Positions 49,718 through 58,096 of a DNA stretch of 64,000 bases are shown piece after piece; the stretch's first letter is position 1, and each line of letters begins with the position of its first letter. This DNA is from a virus. The notes below the pieces were generated by a model, which did no database searches, was not told the origin of the DNA, and was given only the letters and a program-made list of their open reading frames with translations. Made by a program: the position numbers and the translations under genes. The stretch is from positions 16,015 to 80,014 of the IMG/VR virus record IMGVR_UViG_3300043397_000067, one strand, 5' to 3'.

Positions 49718-50624
49718 CAAATTGTCACACGTAGGGCATACTGGTACAGAATACCGCATTGATGCACACACCGACAACAAACCCTTACGGGGTTGCGCTG
49801 CCGCATGCCTTAAGCGCATGCCTTGCGGCTGTTGTCACAATCCCTTATAGTTGAGTGAACCAAAAGACAATGACATAGAATTTTCTACATCTGAGAATGT
49901 AGGGTTAGCGGGCTAGATTAGCGGCGCGACACGGTGAAAATACGGACTTTCATTTTACAATGTCATATACTGTTGACGCATAGCTGTGAAGCTATACCCC
50001 ATAAATCAGAATAACGGATTAGGGCCTATTTGCGGCCCTAGGCGCGTTGCGTTATAGCCACGCCGTCGAAAAAGTTGTCTAGTAGCTCCTGAGAGTAGGT
50101 GCGTCTGGCTTTGCGTCATTGCGGGCTGGGCTTTCGGTATGTATAGACTCCCTCCCACGTTGTAGACCTTTGCGGAATGCCTCCGCTATAGGTGGGCGTG
50201 GTTACAGTTTATATTGCAGATAGGGTAGGGATGCGAAGCGGACTTAGCAAATACGGCATAGTGACAGTGTGCCTCATGTTGCGGGAACTCATTAAGTCAA
50301 AATCCCGTTCTAGTGGTCGGATAGAGTAGACCAACGCTTATCAGTCTTGCGGAATAGACTTAACCTTAACCCTTAACGCCTTTGCGGAGGGTCTCCGATA
50401 CACGGACGGCCCTCCAGCTCGGCGTTAACGCCCCACGTTGGCGCAAAATTACGATCAAGCGTGAAAAACGCTGCAACCTTCTAGGCCTTCAATGGCTTTG
50501 CGGTATGTCTGCCCTTTGCGGTAGAGCAAACCATCATGCCCACTCTTGTAGTGGGCATTTTAGTTTGTGGGTCTTGCCCTGATACTAAAGGGATTACGGC
50601 TATTTGCCGACTTACGGATTTATC

Positions 50625-50828
50625 ATGTCAGTATCAAGTATCGCTCATTCCATCGCAGCCGTCTGGAATGGGTCAGCACTCCAGACAGAGTGCTTTTATA
50701 CCGGTATTCGGGCAGATATTGCCCATTCCTTGCGGATTGCCCCTAACAGGGCGGACTTCAATGCAGCTTTCGATCTGCTTTCGTGGTATCAGTCCGGTGA
50801 CGGACTGCTTTACTGCACCCTAGATTAA
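50625..50828 (+). CDS. hypothetical protein (67 aa)
   Basis: ATG after a weak GGA; lies between hairpin elements. Confidence 0.4.
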   Translation: MSVSSIAHSIAAVWNGSALQTECFYTGIRADIAHSLRIAPNRADFNAAFDLLSWYQSGDGLLYCTLD

Positions 50829-50874
50829 CAGGGTCTTGCACGTTCCCTTTAATGTGCTATTGATAGGAGTTGCC

Positions 50875-51087
50875 ATGTTGCAACAAAGATTGGACCGGAT
50901 TAACACCCGGATTGTGGAAATCACTCCGGCCTTGTCTAAGGCTTGGGAAGACATGGTAGCCGCTAAGGCTGACCGTGACCCAACGCACCCGCTGTACAAG
51001 GCGTGGAAGGCTATCGACCTCAAGGACAGCCAGCTGCGTGAAACGCGCTCTGATCTTGAGTTCGAGCTTGAGTGCTTGGAAGACTGA
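50875..51087 (+). CDS. small helical early protein ending CLED
   Basis: AGGAG RBS. Confidence 0.65.
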   Translation: MLQQRLDRINTRIVEITPALSKAWEDMVAAKADRDPTHPLYKAWKAIDLKDSQLRETRSDLEFELECLED

Positions 51088-51395
51088 CAGGGCCAGTTAC
51101 ATAGCAGCGCGCTGCTATGTTGCGGGTATTGTTGCCCTAACTTGAAAGGAAGTGTTATGAAACACCAAGACATTATCAAGGCTGTCAAGGCACAGCACTT
51201 GCTTGAGTGTGCCAAGCTCAACATGCTCGACTATAACAAGTTGAGTCTTATCATTGCTATTGCTTGCAATATTGCGGCAGATGTGACGCAACTGCGTCAG
51301 CTTTCGTTGTTCTTGCAGTGCTTGGAAGACTGACAGGGCCAGTAATAGGGCATATGCCCTATTGCGGGGATTGTCCCTAACTTGAGAGGAATATC
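51071..51395 (+). repeat. duplicated intergenic cassette boundary
   Basis: 27-bp AGTGCTTGGAAGACTGACAGGGCCAGT at 51071 and 51317, each followed by a perfect palindrome and CCCTAACTTGARAGGAA. Confidence 0.9.
51157..51333 (+). CDS. small early protein ending CLED
   Basis: AAGGAAG RBS. Confidence 0.6.
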   Translation: MKHQDIIKAVKAQHLLECAKLNMLDYNKLSLIIAIACNIAADVTQLRQLSLFLQCLED

Positions 51396-51542
51396 ATGAG
51401 AATTCTTATGTCTGTTATCGGAGTCGTAGCCATTCCTATGGCTTCGCTTGGGTCTTTGTTCAGCGTTATGACGCTGGCTGAGTGCGGTCTGCTGCTGACC
51501 ATCGCAGTCTTTTGCTGCTGTTTCGGAACGATTGGAGACTGA
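51396..51542 (+). CDS. small membrane protein (48 aa; not in ORF track)
   Basis: GAGGA RBS; MRILMSVIGVVAIPM... two hydrophobic helices. Confidence 0.55.
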   Translation: MRILMSVIGVVAIPMASLGSLFSVMTLAECGLLLTIAVFCCCFGTIGD

Positions 51543-51545
51543 GCC

Positions 51546-51830
51546 ATGAAACCATTTGAAATACGTGCCAAGCTCAAGGAAATGGGCTTCAAGGAAGACC
51601 GCTACGGCAACATGCTTACCCCCAAAGGTAAGTACCGCATACACTTCAACTCTATCTCTTTGCGGGTAGAGAAGAAGCGCCAATGGGTAGACCATTTCAC
51701 GCAGAAAACCCAATCCGACTGGCAAAACCTGCGTACCGTCTACTACACCAACACTGTCATCCAAGACGGTGTGCTGCGTCTGGGCACTCTCGAACTCAAG
51801 GATTATGCTGCTACTGCTGTGGCTGCTTAG
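51546..51830 (+). CDS. hypothetical protein
   Basis: GGAG RBS; 94 aa, basic. Confidence 0.65.
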   Translation: MKPFEIRAKLKEMGFKEDRYGNMLTPKGKYRIHFNSISLRVEKKRQWVDHFTQKTQSDWQNLRTVYYTNTVIQDGVLRLGTLELKDYAATAVAA

Positions 51831-52226
51831 CCTAGACACAACGCATACATTGCGTCCTGTATGGAAGGTGCTTACTACACCCACCTTCCATAACATACAT
51901 CAGCACAGATTTTCGGTGTCTGTTAGCTGAGAGAATACAACCAGAGTACAGGGCTTGCCGGTTTACGCGACGGCAAGCCCGCTTTCGTTTGGGTCCTCAG
52001 GGTCTCAAACGAAAACTAACCAGTTCGTACATTTTGCCGCGCACGTAAGATCGTCAGCACACTGATTATCCAAATTTGCGGATTCTGCACGGCCTTAAGC
52101 AAGTTCCGTGCCAGCAAAGTTTCGCGCAAAAATTTCTAATTTGCAGATTTTTGCAAATCTAGCCCTTCCCGTGCATACTTTTGCATATTTGTTACAATTT
52201 TCCCTAACCATAATGGTGGTATTTTT

Positions 52227-52412
52227 ATGTCCTTCGATAACGAAGACCGTGCATTAGCAAGGTCTTTAGCTCAGGCTGCTGGTACTAACAAGTCAAGAGC
52301 CGCTAACGCTAAAAGACGCACAATCAAGAAAGCAGCCCAACGTATAGGCTTTCTGCCCAAGCAGCCCAATATGCGTACACTGCAACGCATCTTCTTTCAC
52401 TTTGCGGAGTAA
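52227..52412 (+). CDS. small basic protein
   Basis: Follows CATAAT/GGTGG; K/R-rich. Confidence 0.5.
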   Translation: MSFDNEDRALARSLAQAAGTNKSRAANAKRRTIKKAAQRIGFLPKQPNMRTLQRIFFHFAE

Positions 52413-52414
52413 CC

Positions 52415-52603
52415 ATGCGCCTCATTCGCACCCTCTCAAACGATAAAGCCGAAGTCAAAATCTACAAAGACGACGGCGAATTCGTATGCAAGTTGACTGG
52501 TAACCCTGCTGCCGGCTACTTCACTGATGACTGGCAAGATGCAGAGGGCACTGCCAAGCACATGCTGGCCGCACAGGAAATCAAGCTCTGTAAAGCGCAT
52601 TAA
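52415..52603 (+). CDS. hypothetical protein (YFTDD..DA..TA motif)
   Basis: GGAG RBS; recurrent small phage protein motif. Confidence 0.6.
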   Translation: MRLIRTLSNDKAEVKIYKDDGEFVCKLTGNPAAGYFTDDWQDAEGTAKHMLAAQEIKLCKAH

Positions 52604-52955
52604 ACTCTCTGGTATTTGCGGAAAGACTAGCGCCTACAAGTGCTAGCCAAAGGCACTCCCTCTACCTGTGCCTTACACAACCCACAAGCCAGAACAAACC
52701 GCCTACCAAGTGTTTTGCGGTCTTTCCCTCTTCCAGAAAAAGAACTAGAAGAGTAAATAATAAAAATAACAGAATAATTCTATATAATACCTTCTGAGAT
52801 TCTAGTTATTTTTACGGGCGGTCGTAGCAGCTTTTTTTTTGAGTCCAAAATTTTTTACATTTTGTACCCTCAAACCCGTCCCCGTAAATATATCCAGAAA
52901 TCCTGACTGTTCTATCCAGAGTTCAGAACTTTAATAGCTCCAAGTAGGAAATAAT

Positions 52956-53777
52956 ATGGAAAAAGCCCGCTTGTATAACCGACAAGTCGCTACGGTAGGT
53001 ACAATAGTTAAGAACTACCACATCCGGGAGAAGCTTCCACAGAAAGACATATCGGGGTGCAGAGTGCTGCGCCTTGAGTGTGAGTTCTGCAAGGCCCAGC
53101 TAAAATTGAGCTTGTACGAGCTTTTGCGGAGAAAGAGCATCTGCATATGCAGAAAGCAAGACGCCGAGCCAAAGGCAACCACGACCATAGTCCTTGCCCT
53201 GCCGCAAAGCCGCTTGCACTCTTTCAAGCTTGACTACAGGATAAGCCTTGAAAACCGCCTGCAACGTATGCTGCAAAAGACCACAACCCTGAAAGACATA
53301 GGCTACGAGAACATCACAGTCTATGAGATCGTGGGAGACTTGCTGAGAAAAATAGGCAACTTGAAGGACATACTTGAAGCGCCACCAATAAAAAAGCCGG
53401 GAAGGCCGAGAAAGAATCCCGTTCTTATATCCGAACCCGACACAGGCATCAAAGAACTTGAGGTTCAGCCACCACCGCTACCCCAAGAGCCAGAACCACC
53501 AAAAGAAGAACTATCTTGGCCGTCCTTCCTACTTGAAGACCCAGCGGACTATATCTGGTTCACGGCCCAAGCCCCACAAAACCGCTTCCCTCCAAAGTAC
53601 ATCACCGACTGGGTGGAAGAAGCAAACTACGACCCCAAGACCTCAAAGCTGTTTTCCGTAGCCACAGAAGAAGGCCTAAGGGTCCACTACAAGACCTTGC
53701 CAAGAGAAGAAGCGCCAGCAGTATCCTCAAGGATGCCCACTTGGAGCTTTGATGATGACGACGATACCCCATTTTAA
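52956..53777 (+). CDS. Zn-ribbon / AT-hook protein with SSB-like acidic tail
   Basis: CEFC...CIC, KKPGRPRK, C-terminus FDDDDDTPF. Confidence 0.6.
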   Translation: MEKARLYNRQVATVGTIVKNYHIREKLPQKDISGCRVLRLECEFCKAQLKLSLYELLRRKSICICRKQDAEPKATTTIVLALPQSRLHSFKLDYRISLENRLQRMLQKTTTLKDIGYENITVYEIVGDLLRKIGNLKDILEAPPIKKPGRPRKNPVLISEPDTGIKELEVQPPPLPQEPEPPKEELSWPSFLLEDPADYIWFTAQAPQNRFPPKYITDWVEEANYDPKTSKLFSVATEEGLRVHYKTLPREEAPAVSSRMPTWSFDDDDDTPF

Positions 53778-53786
53778 GGAGCAACT

Positions 53787-54059
53787 ATGAAACACCCACA
53801 CCTTGGCTGGTATGAAGAAACTTGCATACCAATCAAAGACAACAAAGTTTTGCAAGTGACCACATGTAAGCGAAGTGACAAGGCCCTGACCACAATCGCC
53901 AAGCTCATCACCCAAGAGGGCGCATTCAACGTCAGCGCCGCAGGCGCTCCAAAACGCTTGCTGGCACATGAGTATGTCCGAGTCACCGAACGCGCCACCA
54001 AGGCCCAGCACGAGGCCTGCCTGCCACTTGCCCAAGCCTTTGCACAGGAACTTAAATGA
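53787..54059 (+). CDS. hypothetical protein
   Basis: AAGGAG RBS. Confidence 0.6.
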   Translation: MKHPHLGWYEETCIPIKDNKVLQVTTCKRSDKALTTIAKLITQEGAFNVSAAGAPKRLLAHEYVRVTERATKAQHEACLPLAQAFAQELK

Positions 54060-54232
54060 AAATCGCCGCCACCGCCCTTCTCGTCTGGCTGTGCCTCTTG
54101 AGCATCTACTGGATGATCGAGTTCCTGACCGATAAAGACTATGCACAAGCCATACGCCTTGCAACTGGCTCCGCAGTCTTAATCTCGACGGCTATCCTTT
54201 CCCTCTACGGCATCACCCAACTCTGGAGATAA
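54056..54232 (+). CDS. small 2-TM membrane protein (58 aa; not in ORF track)
   Basis: ATGA overlap; MKIAATALLVWLCLLSIYW... Confidence 0.55.
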   Translation: MKIAATALLVWLCLLSIYWMIEFLTDKDYAQAIRLATGSAVLISTAILSLYGITQLWR

Positions 54233-54236
54233 CATC

Positions 54237-55649
54237 ATGCGACTTGCACCCAATCACCCACACTACAACGTGTGGAAAGAATACATCACGGCCTTGGCAC
54301 AAGACATAGACGTTACGCTGTATTGCTGCGGCACCAAATGCGAAAATCCGGCGTGGAACCCCGGAAAGGACTACACCCTGAAGTACCCTTGCAAGGGCTG
54401 GTTCATTGACTCTGACTTCCAAGTCACGCAGGGCGACGGGCCATTCAGTACCGAGCAGCAGGCCGTGGAACACTTGCTGGACAAAACAAGCCACCTTGGC
54501 AGGTGCCCACCCCAAGGCCCATACGACCTGTGGAAAAGCGCCATGCTCCGCGCAATGAGCGGCGAAAACGTGCACATCACGTACTACGGCAACAGCCTTG
54601 AGTGCCCCACCTGGGGAGGAGACGCTACGGCCTACAGGGTTGAAAAGCACGCCTTCTACATCAACGAGGTGGACTTTACGGTACAGTCACACAAGCATGA
54701 GGCAATGTCAAGGGCCTATGCCACTGCCGACGAGGCGCAGCACGCAGTAAACAGCGCCGTCTCGGTGCTTGGCCGGCCCCCAGAGGGAAGCTGCCACGTA
54801 GCAATCTGGAGGGAGGCCATGCAGCGCTACATCAGCGGAGAGAAAATCCGCTTGCATACAAGCATGACTTGGCTCAGCGGCCCACCGGACTGGACAGCAC
54901 AGAAGTACGTCATTTGCAGGTATAGCCCTGCAAAGAAATACTACTTCGATAACGCCTTTGGCATACGGTTGTGGGACAGCCTGTACCTGCACCCAGAAGC
55001 CAAGTTCAGTACACGCCAAGAAGCGGAAGCCTATAAGACGGAGAAGGCTGGTCACCTTGGCCATGACCCACACCTTGGCACGGTATGGCTGCAAGCCATG
55101 CATGCTGCTATCCATGAGGGCAGGGATGTGATGGTACAGAAGCTTGCCAGCGGGGTTTGGGAAGACTGCTGTATTCCGACATGGAACCTCACAGCATACT
55201 ACCGTATAGTGCCTGCACGGTGGTCTATCGACCGGGCCACATTTGAGCCGGTACGCAAAAGCGACGGCAAGTTCGACACTAAAAAGGACGCACAGGCTTG
55301 GCTGGATGACCAGACTCCAAAGCCTGATAACCGCCACCTAGGCCTGTGGAAAGAGTACATAACCCTGCTGATCGACGGCAAGGAACCAGTGCTCGAGTAC
55401 AAGCAGAGAGCAGGGCCTTGGGTAGAGCGCCTACGTAAAGATGTGATGCTTGAGGGCGTAGAGTACCGGCTCAAGCGCAGCATCGACCCCAAGAAACTCT
55501 ACTGGGTGGTGGGCATTTCTGACGTGTATCAAACACTGGGTCAGTACCTGATGCCCAAAGCCTTTGAACTTGGTTGTGTCTTCGACACCGAGGAAGAAGC
55601 ACAGAAACGTGTGCAGAGCCTGCAAAACTGGATGCGGAGTACAGCATGA
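54237..55649 (+). CDS. hypothetical protein with four internal domain repeats
   Basis: Repeated W.(E/A)...G..V...P.W....YR and F.T..EA motifs. Confidence 0.7.
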   Translation: MRLAPNHPHYNVWKEYITALAQDIDVTLYCCGTKCENPAWNPGKDYTLKYPCKGWFIDSDFQVTQGDGPFSTEQQAVEHLLDKTSHLGRCPPQGPYDLWKSAMLRAMSGENVHITYYGNSLECPTWGGDATAYRVEKHAFYINEVDFTVQSHKHEAMSRAYATADEAQHAVNSAVSVLGRPPEGSCHVAIWREAMQRYISGEKIRLHTSMTWLSGPPDWTAQKYVICRYSPAKKYYFDNAFGIRLWDSLYLHPEAKFSTRQEAEAYKTEKAGHLGHDPHLGTVWLQAMHAAIHEGRDVMVQKLASGVWEDCCIPTWNLTAYYRIVPARWSIDRATFEPVRKSDGKFDTKKDAQAWLDDQTPKPDNRHLGLWKEYITLLIDGKEPVLEYKQRAGPWVERLRKDVMLEGVEYRLKRSIDPKKLYWVVGISDVYQTLGQYLMPKAFELGCVFDTEEEAQKRVQSLQNWMRSTA

Positions 55650-55903
55650 ACACGCACGAACTGGTTGCTGCTCTTGCTAACGTGCAGAGAACCATCGCAC
55701 GGTGGGAGAGTCAAGAGATGCGTTACGCAAGCGACATGGGGTACTACACAGGCTGCCTGCTTGAAGAGCAGTTTTTGTTGGACGAGCTATCGACTGACAA
55801 GAGCTGGCTGCACGCTTTCTACCTGACAAAAGCGATAGGCTTGCCAGGTACTCGGCATGAGCGCCAGTACTGGCTTGACAAACTACATGGAAGAACCAAA
55901 TGA
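55646..55903 (+). CDS. hypothetical protein
   Basis: ATGA coupling at both ends. Confidence 0.6.
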   Translation: MNTHELVAALANVQRTIARWESQEMRYASDMGYYTGCLLEEQFLLDELSTDKSWLHAFYLTKAIGLPGTRHERQYWLDKLHGRTK

Positions 55904-56811
55904 AAAAAGATCACAAACACTACCAAGTATGGCGCGAGTGGCTGCAAGCCCAGCTTGATGGCCGGGACTTTGAAGTACACTACAACGTAGCAGGGGAAAA
56001 CCCACGGTACCTCATCGAGGAGCCATCCTGGATAGAAGAAAACGACTACAAGATCGTGTACAAAGACAAGTACACGTTCGACGAAGACTTAGGCCTAATC
56101 TTCGCCAAGGAAAGCAAGTTCCCACTCTTCAACACCAAGGAGGAAGCACTTGAATACCGGGCAGAGGCTCTCAAACACCTTGGGCACCCAGACCCAGATT
56201 CAAAGCACATGCCCGTTTGGAGGGAGGCTGCAAAGCGCCGGCTGTTGGGGCAGAAAGTCGCTATCGAGTACTTTAACCCGACCACCAGTACTAAGTTTCG
56301 CTGCTGTGGCGGAACACCTATGTGGTTGCAAGAGCTTGACTACCGCATTGCCGAAGAACGCTACAGCGTTACAGGTGGACGCATTGTGGCAGACGCTAAT
56401 GGAATCACCAAGGAGCGTATTGAGAAGCTGCTAATGGAAGCGGGTAGTAAGTACATGTGCTTGCCAGAGCCACACGCTACATATGCTATTGACCTGTACT
56501 GCAGCAGAACACCACACTTGGTGTACACAAGGCCTAATGGGGATTCATGCTGGAAGACATACTACAGGGAGTTTTACCCGGACAGTGGTAGCTACGAGTT
56601 CATTGTAGTCCCCAATCCCGGACCAGTACGGTCGTGGGATACCAAGAAAGACAGGGATTACTGGGTTGTGAAGCCCGGTCAAGGCATATGCAACATGCCC
56701 CACTCAAACCTGATGGCCAAGCAGTGCGGTATGGGGCTTGTATTTGACAACCGGGACGCTGCCCGTGTGAGGGAAGATAACATCAACTTTTTACTCAAAG
56801 GTGAAGCATGA
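55900..56811 (+). CDS. hypothetical protein, related to 54237-55649
   Basis: Same H..VWRE...G...P.W...Y(R/K)I and F.T.EEA repeats. Confidence 0.7.
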   Translation: MKKDHKHYQVWREWLQAQLDGRDFEVHYNVAGENPRYLIEEPSWIEENDYKIVYKDKYTFDEDLGLIFAKESKFPLFNTKEEALEYRAEALKHLGHPDPDSKHMPVWREAAKRRLLGQKVAIEYFNPTTSTKFRCCGGTPMWLQELDYRIAEERYSVTGGRIVADANGITKERIEKLLMEAGSKYMCLPEPHATYAIDLYCSRTPHLVYTRPNGDSCWKTYYREFYPDSGSYEFIVVPNPGPVRSWDTKKDRDYWVVKPGQGICNMPHSNLMAKQCGMGLVFDNRDAARVREDNINFLLKGEA

Positions 56812-56978
56812 AAACCCTTGCAGGCCTTGCCCTGACACTTGCGCTGTGCTACGGCTACATCGCCAACATCGTATCGCTAACCGAGGCATGGAACGGCCCA
56901 CTATCAGGCAAGACTGTCTTGCGGATAGTAGGTGTTCCCGCAGTTCCTATCGGCATCATTATGGGGTATGTACCATGA
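56808..56978 (+). CDS. small membrane protein (56 aa; not in ORF track)
   Basis: ATGA-coupled on both sides; GY.ANI...LR.VG....P.G..MG motif. Confidence 0.6.
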   Translation: MKTLAGLALTLALCYGYIANIVSLTEAWNGPLSGKTVLRIVGVPAVPIGIIMGYVP

Positions 56979-57499
56979 AACTTGAACGCACAGAAAGAAA
57001 GTACGCCGTCAAGTGGCCAAGCGAGTATGTAAGCGAGACTACCTACGTAGGGACCGACTTTGCCACGGTTGAGGCAGCCCTGTTCAACGGCTGGCTTGAG
57101 GAGCCGCGCACTATAACGCCGGTAGGCAAAACCTTCACAGAGGTTGTACAAAAGGTGGACTACCTTCTGCTCAAGAACGACAGTGAGGCTTTCCTGTTTG
57201 TACATGAGCAGGACTGCTGTGAGCATGTAGAAATTGCCGACGTTACCGGCGACATATCTGACCTTGTAGGCCATCCCCTACTTACTGCGGACCTGGAGGA
57301 AAGCGAGGCTACCGAGGTTGAAGAATCCGGTACGTGGAGCTTCTACAAATTCGCTACCATTAAGGGGTACGTCGATATTCGCTGGCTTGGAGAGTCGAAC
57401 GGTTATTACAGCGAAACGGTAGACATGGAGCACTTCGACCTCACAAACGAAGAGGAAGCAAAGGAATTTGAGAAGCAAATGCGCTACCTCAATGCTTAA
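56975..57499 (+). CDS. conserved phage hypothetical (QDCCE...SNGYYS family)
   Basis: HEQDCCEHV...TWSFYKFATIKGYVDIRWLGESNGYYSE motif. Confidence 0.7.
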   Translation: MKLERTERKYAVKWPSEYVSETTYVGTDFATVEAALFNGWLEEPRTITPVGKTFTEVVQKVDYLLLKNDSEAFLFVHEQDCCEHVEIADVTGDISDLVGHPLLTADLEESEATEVEESGTWSFYKFATIKGYVDIRWLGESNGYYSETVDMEHFDLTNEEEAKEFEKQMRYLNA

Positions 57500-57752
57500 G
57501 ACAGGCTGGCCACCGGGTCTGCTACAGGACGATAGCAGGCCCCTTAGCCGATGGTTCATGTCCCGCCTAGGCTGGAAGTATCAGCTAAGGGGATTATTTA
57601 AGGAGAAAGAAATGATAGTATGGGTTGTTTGTGTAGATGACAGGCCAGTATCTGTCCATATTACGGAAGATGGAGCAGAAGCTTTCTTGGAAGTAGAAGA
57701 AAAGACTGCTACAGGTAATGTGACGATTGAGCATTTCGAGGTGCAACCATGA
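57492..57752 (+). CDS. hypothetical protein (possibly two fused mini-genes)
   Basis: GWPPGLLQDD motif; internal AAGGAG-ATG at 57611. Confidence 0.5.
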   Translation: MLKTGWPPGLLQDDSRPLSRWFMSRLGWKYQLRGLFKEKEMIVWVVCVDDRPVSVHITEDGAEAFLEVEEKTATGNVTIEHFEVQP

Positions 57753-58096
57753 CACACCAAGAAATTTTCAACACCGTGCTGTTCGGCCTGCGTAAGCAAG
57801 GGGTAGCTTCCGTGGAGCCGGGCAAAGGGTGCCGCTACCGGGGACCTAATGGCACGAAGTGCGCCGTAGGTATGCTCATACCGGATGATAAATACCACTG
57901 GGAGATTGAAACACTTGGCACATCGGATGCCAAGGTACAAGCCTGCCTGCCCTTCGCTATGGACAGCACGGTTCACCACCTACTTAGCATGCTGCAGTCT
58001 GCCCATGACATTGACCTTCGCCAGTCAATGGAAGAGTGGGAAATTCGTATGGCAAATATTGCCCACTACTTTAATCTGGAGTACACGACATGTTAG
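57749..58096 (+). CDS. hypothetical protein (C.YRG..G.KCAVG...LQ.AHD family)
   Basis: Recurrent phage motif; ATGA coupling. Confidence 0.7.
   Translation: MTHQEIFNTVLFGLRKQGVASVEPGKGCRYRGPNGTKCAVGMLIPDDKYHWEIETLGTSDAKVQACLPFAMDSTVHHLLSMLQSAHDIDLRQSMEEWEIRMANIAHYFNLEYTTC

Larger units (their letters stand above)
49486..50620 (+). ncRNA. candidate large structured non-coding RNA / leader
   Basis: No credible ORF; continuous nested stems; nine TTGCGG motifs. Confidence 0.4.

Noticed and set aside
50382-50823. ORFs 50382-50582 and 50536-50823
   Set aside because: No RBS, atypical composition, and they overlap strong stems; 50625-50828 is the more plausible gene.
51071-51395. Integron attC sites
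   Set aside because: No matching RYYYAAC/GTTRRRY pair bracketing the stems and no integrase in the window.
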